DNA from: Acinetobacter phage AM24
Reading direction: 5' to 3' (one strand)
Length of the DNA: 64,000 nucleotides
Sequence record: KY000079.2
Below are positions 20,131 to 28,050 of this stretch, one piece after another. The notes under the pieces were generated by a model. That model searched no databases. It saw only the letters and a list, made by a program, of their open reading frames with translations, and had not been told where the DNA came from. The position numbers and the translations under genes are program-made. Every line of letters begins with the position of its first letter. The first letter of the stretch is position 1.

Positions 20131-20412
20131 ATGGCTGATGTTTTAGTATCAGGTATCAAAATTTCAGAAATGGACCTTGTTAATGAAGTTCAAGGTTCAG
20201 AAAAGGTCCCTACAGACCAAGTTGGTGATAAAGCTATTAGTATTGATCAAATACTTACTTATGTCAACAACAAAGTAAAACCAACTTGGGGAAACATCCA
20301 AGGTGATATTAATACACAGACTGATTTAATCAACCTTATAACTAACCAAAATGCAGCCTTGATGAATGAGGTCGAACAACTTAAAATCAGGGTTTCACAA
20401 CTAGAAACCTAA
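20131..20412 (+). CDS. Hypothetical protein, last gene of the late operon
   Basis: RBS AAGGAG. A terminator follows. Confidence 0.4.
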   Translation: MADVLVSGIKISEMDLVNEVQGSEKVPTDQVGDKAISIDQILTYVNNKVKPTWGNIQGDINTQTDLINLITNQNAALMNEVEQLKIRVSQLET

Positions 20413-20418
20413 AACAAA

Positions 20419-20449
20419 CCCCTGAAGGAATTCCTTCAGGGGTTTTTCT
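20419..20449. terminator. Strong bidirectional rho-independent terminator between convergent operons
   Basis: CCCCTGAAGGAATTCCTTCAGGGG followed by TTTTT; the complement is also U-rich. Confidence 0.8.
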
Positions 20450-20468
20450 ATGGTATATAATTCAAACT

Positions 20469-23240
20469 TTATTGACAGTTTTCACATTCTTCATATCTCT
20501 TAATATCACCAGATCCTCGCATAGAGTAAATGTAATAAAGAGCTAAAATACCATCATTTATTAAAGCATACTTATGAACCTTCATAATATACTCTGGGGT
20601 GTCATTGCTTGTAAAGTACAAGTTGATTGATTGTTGTTGGTCAATATATTGTTGACGCTGAGCACACAAATCAAGATGCTTTAGCATATCAATTTCAAAG
20701 GCAGTTCGGAAAACATCTTTCTCATGTTGAGTCAGCCAGTGTACATGTTGTACAGAACCCTTATGTTTATTGATGTCGTTTACTACATCTTCATTATAAA
20801 CACCACGCTCCTTCATGATCTCCAGAAGGACTTTATTCACCCTCCAGATATCACCTCCAGCACTTTGCTTCACAAACACCATAGCAACATCTAGGCCAAT
20901 ACCTTCGGAAGCCCCTGCCATAATCTCTGCTGTTGACTTTGTAGGTGGCATCATCATGGTTGTTGCATTACGGATACCTAGGTGAGCACAACCTTCAGGC
21001 ATTCCTAATTCACGTGCTAACCACTTAGAAGCTGCTAAGGTTTGATCTCGCATACCCTTAAAGATTTCTTCATTAAGCCAGAAACTCTCAAGGCTCCCTA
21101 CAACAATTCTACGTTTTTGTAGTAGTGTGTGGAAACCTAATACACCTGTACCAACTGCACGGAATCTCTTGGTGAAGGCTAAGATTTTTCTAAATGCCAA
21201 GGCATCCTCTTTATCTTGAACCATTCTCTTTTCCATAAACTCAATGTAGTCACTCACATTACAGTCTTGCATAATATGTGCAATAAATGCTAAGTGAGGA
21301 CATCTTGATTTCCACTCATCGTATAAGTCAAGGTTTAAGTTTAGAATTACACAAGAGAATGTATGCTTCTCATCACTACCAAGTAACACTTCTTGGCAAT
21401 TCATTGTATTCAAACCATTGAACATCAACATGTTACGTTTTGGCTCAAGTGCACAATATGTATCATCAAATCTTCCTTGGTCGATCACTTCATCAACACA
21501 TACAAATCTTTCAGCAGAACGTTGAGGTTTTCTTTCACTCCATTTTAGGCGGTGTGTTTTTAAACCTAACTGACTCAACTTAAAGAGACCTGTACTCGAT
21601 ACAAGAAGACGATAAGCATCTTGGCATTCATACAGTCCTTTATCACCTGTACCATTATTGAGAGGTAATTCTTTTAGACCACCTACATCCCTCAAGACAA
21701 CCTTTGAAGAAACACCAAGTGTTTGTAACATCAATTGCACATCTTGTAAGAATGTCTTGTGAATGCTTACCACTTGGATAGATTCATTTTCACCATTACG
21801 AGCAATAGTTCCATCTGAATCTAGGAGTCCAGCAAACCATTCCAATCGGCTTTCAATAGTGTACTCAGATGTTGGTACAAAGAATTTATCCTTAAGCCCT
21901 TCACTGTGAGTAAGCTTAATACGATCACCACCTTGAAGTCCTGACACTGAAGAAACGCAAGTTATATTTTCAAGTAACTCCTTCTTCTTACCATACAAGT
22001 ATGTGTGTTTTTTACCTTTGTATTCAAAACCATCACCAGTGAAGAATCCATTAGTGTAAGCATGTTCGAGGGCCTTGTCACCTAAAATAACTGGTAGATC
22101 AAATTTAGATAGTCGATCACCAGACTTCAACTCGTAGGCACGTTTAATGACCTCATTGCCATCCTCACCAACAACCTTAAAGCGGTGATACTCTGTGCAA
22201 TCTAATTCATACCCTGAATCAGTTACCACTTTAACTAACTTCTGATTTTCACCAGTTTTGATAATTGTCACTTCAGACCATTCAAAACCATTCCACACCT
22301 CGATCTGCTGTCCCTCAAGGTCAGAAATCGTTTGATATCCACTTTTAGTTAAGATTAACGTCTCAGGTGAAACACATAAGTTTGATGCCTTAGCAGTCAT
22401 ACCTGCATCTTTAAATGCCTGAGCTAAGTGGCGGTTCATTTCATCAATCTTAGTGAAGTAACCCTTACCACGCTGCATCTTGATAGCAATAGCTTTAGCT
22501 AATAGAGCAACTGCTTCTGGGTCATCCTTGACTAACTTCTCAATGTACTCGTCCTTACATAACCATGCTGGGTTATTACTTTCAGGTCGTTTGAATAGGT
22601 ACTTTAAAACTTCCTCAAACTCAGGATGTTCAATACTAACAGCATAAGATAAACTACCTCTACGGCTACCTTGAACAACCTCATCCATACAATTAATCAA
22701 GTCACGAATGACAGGCATCACCCCACCACCATAACCACCCCTAGGTAGTTTCTTACCTTTATAGGCCCAGTCATCAACTGAGTAAGATGTACCATGCGAA
22801 TGTTTAGTCAAGATACCTGCTTCAGTCACACAATCGTAACGAGAGAACAAGTTGTCACCAACATAACCACCAGCACAACTTACTGTTGATCCCCTTTCAG
22901 GTAAACCACTGTTCGCCAATAAAGGAGTTGAACAAGACACATAACCATCCCAAAGTACGTCAAAAAACACTTCCTCCCAAGTTTTACCAGCCGTATAAGT
23001 ATCCACATTCCACCAAGAAGGGTACTTATCTGGTGCATGTTTAGCTAAAGTCTTAGCAATCATTTTATAGCGAGCTTTTACAGTCTCACCATTCCAAGAA
23101 TACTTTTCAAAGAACAACTGAGTCCCACCAGTAGTAAACCATTTAGGGATCTCTCCATGTTCTTGTAGTTTTTTTCGAAGTTGACTGTAACTATCAACCC
23201 CGTATAATTCTAATGTTTCTAAAAAAGACAAAACAGCCAC
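20469..23240 (-). CDS. nrdA: Class I ribonucleotide reductase large subunit containing an intein; GTG start
   Basis: The SNL|C...HN|CQEV junction recreates the SNLCxE active-site motif. RBS AAGGAG. No ATP-cone is visible. Confidence 0.8.
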   Translation of the reverse strand: MAVLSFLETLELYGVDSYSQLRKKLQEHGEIPKWFTTGGTQLFFEKYSWNGETVKARYKMIAKTLAKHAPDKYPSWWNVDTYTAGKTWEEVFFDVLWDGYVSCSTPLLANSGLPERGSTVSCAGGYVGDNLFSRYDCVTEAGILTKHSHGTSYSVDDWAYKGKKLPRGGYGGGVMPVIRDLINCMDEVVQGSRRGSLSYAVSIEHPEFEEVLKYLFKRPESNNPAWLCKDEYIEKLVKDDPEAVALLAKAIAIKMQRGKGYFTKIDEMNRHLAQAFKDAGMTAKASNLCVSPETLILTKSGYQTISDLEGQQIEVWNGFEWSEVTIIKTGENQKLVKVVTDSGYELDCTEYHRFKVVGEDGNEVIKRAYELKSGDRLSKFDLPVILGDKALEHAYTNGFFTGDGFEYKGKKHTYLYGKKKELLENITCVSSVSGLQGGDRIKLTHSEGLKDKFFVPTSEYTIESRLEWFAGLLDSDGTIARNGENESIQVVSIHKTFLQDVQLMLQTLGVSSKVVLRDVGGLKELPLNNGTGDKGLYECQDAYRLLVSSTGLFKLSQLGLKTHRLKWSERKPQRSAERFVCVDEVIDQGRFDDTYCALEPKRNMLMFNGLNTMNCQEVLLGSDEKHTFSCVILNLNLDLYDEWKSRCPHLAFIAHIMQDCNVSDYIEFMEKRMVQDKEDALAFRKILAFTKRFRAVGTGVLGFHTLLQKRRIVVGSLESFWLNEEIFKGMRDQTLAASKWLARELGMPEGCAHLGIRNATTMMMPPTKSTAEIMAGASEGIGLDVAMVFVKQSAGGDIWRVNKVLLEIMKERGVYNEDVVNDINKHKGSVQHVHWLTQHEKDVFRTAFEIDMLKHLDLCAQRQQYIDQQQSINLYFTSNDTPEYIMKVHKYALINDGILALYYIYSMRGSGDIKRYEECENCQ
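21399..22376 (-). mobile_element. Intein (326 aa) with a LAGLIDADG homing endonuclease domain inside nrdA
   Basis: Begins CVSPETLIL and ends FNGLNTMN followed by Cys. Contains the motif LEWFAGLLDSDGTI. Confidence 0.75.
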
Positions 23241-23250
23241 AAATATCTCC

Positions 23251-24522
23251 TTACTTACTTCCTTGTAATCCTTTATTATCTTCTGAATCTTCCATGATCA
23301 GATTCAAGAGTTCTTCTTGTTCCTCTTGTTCTTTCTTCCTCATATTATTCCAAGCTTCTACAAACATAGCCTCAGACCAGTTACTTTCATACTCTCGGTT
23401 TTGACCCTTAGTGAAGAAATCTGGCATCTGGTAACCGTATGTATTTAAGTTAAACATCTTAGCCACTTTGGAATCCTTCTGAGTAACTTGGAACTCTTTA
23501 GGGATTTTATCTACAGGAACCTGCAAACGAGTCAAGAAAGTAAAGATTCGGAAGCGCACAAAATCAATGTACTCGGCTGTTGTATACCCATTGAGTGAAC
23601 CTGAAGGGATTGCCATATCAATGATTCGCTTCTCATGCTCTAACACGTAGTGGCAAGCTTGTAGTAACTTTCCAAACATTTCTTCATGCTCATGTAGAGG
23701 TTTTCCTACTTCATGGAAATAGGTGTTAAAATGTTCTGCTGCATAAATACCATGAAGGTCTTCATCTAGTGCACTTTGGTTAGCAATTTGTGCAATAACT
23801 TTAATTAAGTTAAAACCGTTTGTCTGGAAGCTTTTAAGGATGGCAAAGCTAGAGAACAACAAAGCTGTCTCTGTTAAAGAGAAGCACAAGCATGCAAGCA
23901 TCTTGTTTTCATCTCGCATTAACCCATCTAACCATTCCATACGTTCATTGAGCACAGGGTCATCAATGTAGGATGTGTAGTAATCATCGGTATCTAGGCC
24001 AAGTACAATGTTAATTTCATTGTATGTTCGTGCATGGACCATCAACTCAATCATTGCTAAAGCAGAAGCACCAGCACGGGATTCATGTCGAGGGAATACT
24101 TTAATGAATAATCCATTCCAGAATTCATCACCAACAATTAGTTCATACTGTAAGAATAAGTGTAGAACTGTTTTTACTGCATGTAGTTGCTCTTTAGTAA
24201 GCACATACTCAAGTTCCATCTGGTCATTCTTGACTTCCATTTCACTCTTGAACCACATCTGCTCTTCAAGCTGCTGGTCAGCAATCTCAAGAATCTTTGG
24301 GTACTTAATTTCATAGCCACTATTGGGTGATGTAATACGGGTTTGCACTAACCCAGTTTTCTCTGAATTTAGTGTTTTGTTTATTGTCACATAAACGAAT
24401 TTCCCTTCAGGGTTTTTCTCATCCTTGACATTGATAATAACCTTTCCAGTTGGTGGTGGTAAAAATCCAATCTTCTCAACCTGGCCTTCGGTTAAATCTA
24501 CCTCAATATTGATTTTAGACAT
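23251..24522 (-). CDS. nrdB: Ribonucleotide reductase small subunit (R2) with an ~80-aa N-terminal extension
   Basis: Di-iron ligand motifs ELMVH and DEDLHG. RBS AAGGAG. Confidence 0.75.
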   Translation of the reverse strand: MSKINIEVDLTEGQVEKIGFLPPPTGKVIINVKDEKNPEGKFVYVTINKTLNSEKTGLVQTRITSPNSGYEIKYPKILEIADQQLEEQMWFKSEMEVKNDQMELEYVLTKEQLHAVKTVLHLFLQYELIVGDEFWNGLFIKVFPRHESRAGASALAMIELMVHARTYNEINIVLGLDTDDYYTSYIDDPVLNERMEWLDGLMRDENKMLACLCFSLTETALLFSSFAILKSFQTNGFNLIKVIAQIANQSALDEDLHGIYAAEHFNTYFHEVGKPLHEHEEMFGKLLQACHYVLEHEKRIIDMAIPSGSLNGYTTAEYIDFVRFRIFTFLTRLQVPVDKIPKEFQVTQKDSKVAKMFNLNTYGYQMPDFFTKGQNREYESNWSEAMFVEAWNNMRKKEQEEQEELLNLIMEDSEDNKGLQGSK

Positions 24523-24601
24523 CTTAACTCCTTTTAATTTATAAAATTATAAATCATAAACTCCATGTAAAAGTAAGGCCACTCAATGGTGGCCTCTTCT
24601 G

Positions 24602-25078
24602 TTATTTACGTTTAATTCTTGCACTGGTAATTCGAGGTTTATCTGAAGAGCGATGATACTCAATTTCAAAACCCAACTCATTTAAGATGTCTGAAAATTC
24701 ACGAGAGGTTAAATTGGAGTCAAACAATGGTACATCCTCACCATAATTCTTGACAACTTTAATACCTTGAATTTCCTTACGAGATACCTTTTCCAAGATT
24801 TCTTCACAAAATAACTTAGCGAATAAGTCACACAGTGTTTGTACTGCTGGTCGTTTCTCTGGGGTTCGAAAACCGTTCTGGTCCTCTAATGAGTGCCAAC
24901 CCCACCAACGACCTTCACCAATGTCAGTCTGTGCAAATAAACTTCGAGTATTTCTTTTGTGATCCTGATAATGCCCAAGTCGCACAATAAAGTTATCTAG
25001 AGTATTCCCTGTCATGTCTACATAATTAGGACGTTTGGTAGGGTCTTTCTCTTGGACTTGGTTTACTGTTTCAATCAT
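24602..25078 (-). CDS. Hypothetical protein, first gene of the leftward nrd operon
   Basis: RBS AAGGAG on the minus strand. Confidence 0.45.
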   Translation of the reverse strand: MIETVNQVQEKDPTKRPNYVDMTGNTLDNFIVRLGHYQDHKRNTRSLFAQTDIGEGRWWGWHSLEDQNGFRTPEKRPAVQTLCDLFAKLFCEEILEKVSRKEIQGIKVVKNYGEDVPLFDSNLTSREFSDILNELGFEIEYHRSSDKPRITSARIKRK

Positions 25079-25500
25079 ATAGTCTCCTTATGAATTGTTT
25101 ACATAATATGTAGGGATGTTATCTGGCACCACTACAAGTTGAAGGTATTGTAGTATGAATTAAATTTATAAAACACCCCACACCTTTAGAAATTCTTAAA
25201 AGTTTACCTTGTTTGGTTGTTTGTTAAACACAACACAAAATAAAGGTAGAACCTAGAGGTTATCTTTAAATTTGTCCCTAGGGGAAAATCCTTCAGGGAA
25301 TAAAAAAGGACACCACTTAAAGTAGTGCCCTAAAAAGTACCCTAGGAAATATTACTATAATAACCCTGAGTCAAATTTTTTAAGTATCCCTTATATTTAT
25401 AATACCCCAAAAAGTAATTTTGTCAAGCTAAAACCATGCCAACTAATCATTGGAAATTTCGATTAAAAATTAAATATTAGTAAATTCTGTAAAAATACAT

Positions 25501-25583
25501 CAGACCGATTTGATCAAATGCATTTTTTAAAAGTGAAAATAACCAGTTCAAAATGGTTTTAACCAGACCGATTTGATCAAATG
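25501..25583. repeat. Two copies of the 20-bp direct repeat CAGACCGATTTGATCAAATG, 63 bp apart, each containing the palindrome TTGATCAA
   Basis: Exact copies at 25501-25520 and 25564-25583 in the divergent intergenic region. Confidence 0.7.
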
Positions 25584-25630
25584 TTCTAATAAGGTAATAA
25601 ATAGGGTTTTAAATATGTTTCTTTTTTAAG

Positions 25631-25659
25631 TTGACAGAGAAAAAATTTTTTTATAAAGT
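25631..25659 (+). promoter_or_regulatory. Sigma70-like promoter (TTGACA, 17-nt spacer, TAAAGT)
   Basis: Seen in the sequence upstream of the RBS-supported ATG at 25706. Confidence 0.45.
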
Positions 25660-25705
25660 TATCCACATCCAAAGATGGTTGATTGGTATAAGTAAGGAGA
25701 ATTTC

Positions 25706-26422
25706 ATGTTTAAAGGTTTTTTAACAGATGTTGCAAAAGAAGCTGGTGTTGGTCCTGCAATTCTTTTAAATCAGTTGCACCAATGGGTTAAGTCTACTGG
25801 AAACCAGAAGATTTACCGTTCTAATGCTCAATTATCTGAAGACCTTGATGGAGTTCTTTCAGTAGCAGCTATTCAACGTCATAAGGTAAAACTGATTGAA
25901 TGTGGATACATTATCGTTTCTCACGATAAAGGAACTATTCGTACCACTACTTACCAATTAACTGAGAAAGCTTTGAAATCTTTAGGTGCTTTCTTTGACA
26001 AAGCTAAAGACAAAGTTAAACAAGCCTTCCAACCTAAAAAACCTAAACAACAAGTTCCAGCACAACCTAAAGAGGAACCAGTAAAGCAAAGCACTGAGAA
26101 ACCAACCTCTATGGAAGAAGAGTTTAAGAAAGCTGGTCAAGAACGTAAGGACCGCCCTAGAGGTTGCCCTAAAGAACTTCTTAAAGGTATCTTTATGAGT
26201 GCTAAGAAAGAAGAGGAAAAACAAGAAGATGTTGTTTATGAGGACAATTCTGAAGAGTTATTTGGAAAGAAATTCGAAAGTGAAGACTTGAGTGATGAAG
26301 AAATCTTTGATAAAATGAGTAAAACTCTTGGTGGTTTATTTAAGACTATCCCTAATGTGGATAAAAGAAATTCAAACCTTCAAGCTATAAATAACTTTGG
26401 TAACTTTCGAGAAGAGTACTAA
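25706..26422 (+). CDS. Putative DNA-binding (winged-helix) protein with a Lys/Glu-rich C-terminus
   Basis: RBS AAGGAG 6 nt upstream. The track start at 25631 overlaps the promoter and is rejected. Confidence 0.45.
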   Translation: MFKGFLTDVAKEAGVGPAILLNQLHQWVKSTGNQKIYRSNAQLSEDLDGVLSVAAIQRHKVKLIECGYIIVSHDKGTIRTTTYQLTEKALKSLGAFFDKAKDKVKQAFQPKKPKQQVPAQPKEEPVKQSTEKPTSMEEEFKKAGQERKDRPRGCPKELLKGIFMSAKKEEEKQEDVVYEDNSEELFGKKFESEDLSDEEIFDKMSKTLGGLFKTIPNVDKRNSNLQAINNFGNFREEY

Positions 26423-26454
26423 GGTTTGTTGATTAATAATCGGAGAAATCGATA

Positions 26455-27075
26455 ATGACTAAACATAAAATCGGAAAAGTTGCGTGTCAAAACTACCCAG
26501 AACTGAATGCACTATTCGAACAAGAATTACAAGATTTATTTCAGGAAAGATCTGAAGAAGAGTCTCGTATTCATGAAGCATTTAATAAATTCAAACCATT
26601 TCTGACCAAAGCTGTATATGGGACAACTGAATGTGTTGATCCTCAAGTTCGTGTGTGGGCACATGCTGGATATGGTTTTGGTACTAAAAACTGGCGTTTT
26701 TATTATAAAGATATTTTAGAAAATGCTCTTGAGTATGCCCGTGAAAAGCTGAGTGCTGATGAGTATGAAGGTGTTCGTGCAATGAAGAAAACTTTCTTAG
26801 GTGAGGACTTGATAGAGCAGCACTGTCAAGATATGCTAAAAGAATTTTACGGGTATGATTACAAAGTTTATTGTTCAGAGTTTTATCGCTACTTTATACG
26901 AGATATGAGTTTGTTTGAAGAAATGTGGTTTTTCAGCTTTGCAAATGTTGCTGGTTGGAAGGCATGGTTATTAATTAAAATTCTTGTTGGTATTCCTTGG
27001 GCAATATTTATGTTTGTACTAGTGTTTATTCTCTCTGGCTTGGAAAGAATTTATAATATTCTTTTTAAAAAGTAG
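26455..27075 (+). CDS. Hypothetical protein with a C-terminal transmembrane anchor
   Basis: C-terminal WKAWLLIKILVGIPWAIFMFVLVFIL. Confidence 0.45.
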   Translation: MTKHKIGKVACQNYPELNALFEQELQDLFQERSEEESRIHEAFNKFKPFLTKAVYGTTECVDPQVRVWAHAGYGFGTKNWRFYYKDILENALEYAREKLSADEYEGVRAMKKTFLGEDLIEQHCQDMLKEFYGYDYKVYCSEFYRYFIRDMSLFEEMWFFSFANVAGWKAWLLIKILVGIPWAIFMFVLVFILSGLERIYNILFKK

Positions 27076-27104
27076 TTGACATTATTTTCTACCTGATCTA
27101 ATAT
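27076..27104 (+). promoter_or_regulatory. Strong sigma70-like promoter with extended -35 AAAGTAGTTGACA, 17-nt spacer and TAATAT
   Basis: Perfect -35 TTGACA and a 17-nt spacer. Confidence 0.6.
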
Positions 27105-27165
27105 ACACACATCAGGTAGAGATACCTAAAAATTAATAAACGAGATATCCTAAGAGGAAACTTAA

Positions 27166-27657
27166 ATGAAAGCGATTGTTAGTTCATCTTTAAAAGCACA
27201 AGAAGTTAGTTCTAAGCGTGAAAACTTAGAGTTTAAATCAAATGGGACTAAGTTGTATCGTTCACTTGAAAAAATGTTCAAGGTTCGTGATGCACTTGCT
27301 GATGCTAAAGCAACTATTGCTGAAGTAACTGGTGAGAAATACATGATCGTTACAGCCGATGAAGCGATCCGCATTTATGAAAATAACAAATCATCATTTA
27401 CAAGTTTTACTTTTGTAAAGATTTCTGATTGCACATTACGTACAATTTCTACTCGACAAACTGATATTGGTGTGTCTGGCACTGCTCGTCCAAGTAAAAA
27501 CAAAGATCAATATAATGTCTTTGATACCAACTTGGCTAAGAAAATGATCAAAGAAGGTCGTAAAGAAGAAGTTGAAAGTGGTGGTGCATGGCGTTCATTT
27601 AACAAGAAATCACTTGTTAGTATGCGACACAATGGTATAACTTATTTGATTGCATAA
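27166..27657 (+). CDS. Hypothetical early protein
   Basis: RBS AAGAGGAA. Confidence 0.45.
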   Translation: MKAIVSSSLKAQEVSSKRENLEFKSNGTKLYRSLEKMFKVRDALADAKATIAEVTGEKYMIVTADEAIRIYENNKSSFTSFTFVKISDCTLRTISTRQTDIGVSGTARPSKNKDQYNVFDTNLAKKMIKEGRKEEVESGGAWRSFNKKSLVSMRHNGITYLIA

Positions 27658-27749
27658 GTTAAAGAACCAATTAAAACTTAGAAATTAATTTAACAAGAGT
27701 CATCCAAAAGGGTGATCTTGTTTTTCGTCTTTATAAAATGGAGAAAAAG

Positions 27750-28037
27750 ATGGTATTTGAAATTGGAATTCTTAGAGAAGCTTTGCAAGGTATCAGGAAG
27801 GCCAAAATGAAAGTGAGACTTGATCCGTATATTAGCGAGGAAGAGTGCATCGAAATTCTTGAGGAACTTAATCTTGCAGAGATGGTGCACATGTCTCTCA
27901 TTGCAACAATGCATGAGCAGCAACAAGTTGTGTCTGGAAAAGTAATTATAAAAGGGACTAAGACACCAAAAGAAATTTTAGATCAACTTCGAGAGAAATC
28001 ACCAGAGGATTCTAAAGTAATTTTACCAGATAATTAA
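27750..28037 (+). CDS. Hypothetical protein
   Basis: An ATG at 27750 follows GGAG; the track start at 27738 is also possible. Confidence 0.4.
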   Translation: MVFEIGILREALQGIRKAKMKVRLDPYISEEECIEILEELNLAEMVHMSLIATMHEQQQVVSGKVIIKGTKTPKEILDQLREKSPEDSKVILPDN

Positions 28038-28050
28038 AAGGAGTAAAACT

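Noticed and set aside
24570-24589. Hairpin AGGCCAC...GTGGCCT between the 24602 gene and nrdB, considered as a minus-strand terminator
   Set aside because: No U-tract follows on the minus strand, and the genes appear co-transcribed. It is kept only as a possible RNA-processing or attenuation site
25100-25500. Searched for tRNA genes and leftward promoters in the divergent intergenic region
   Set aside because: No cloverleaf-compatible segment was recognisable by eye. A TGTCAA (minus-strand TTGACA) at 25421 lacks a properly spaced -10. A tRNAscan search would be needed
25631-25705. Track ORF start at 25631 (MTEKKFFYKV...)
   Set aside because: It overlaps the TTGACA-N17-TAAAGT promoter and has no RBS. 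The AAGGAG-supported ATG at 25706 is the likely start
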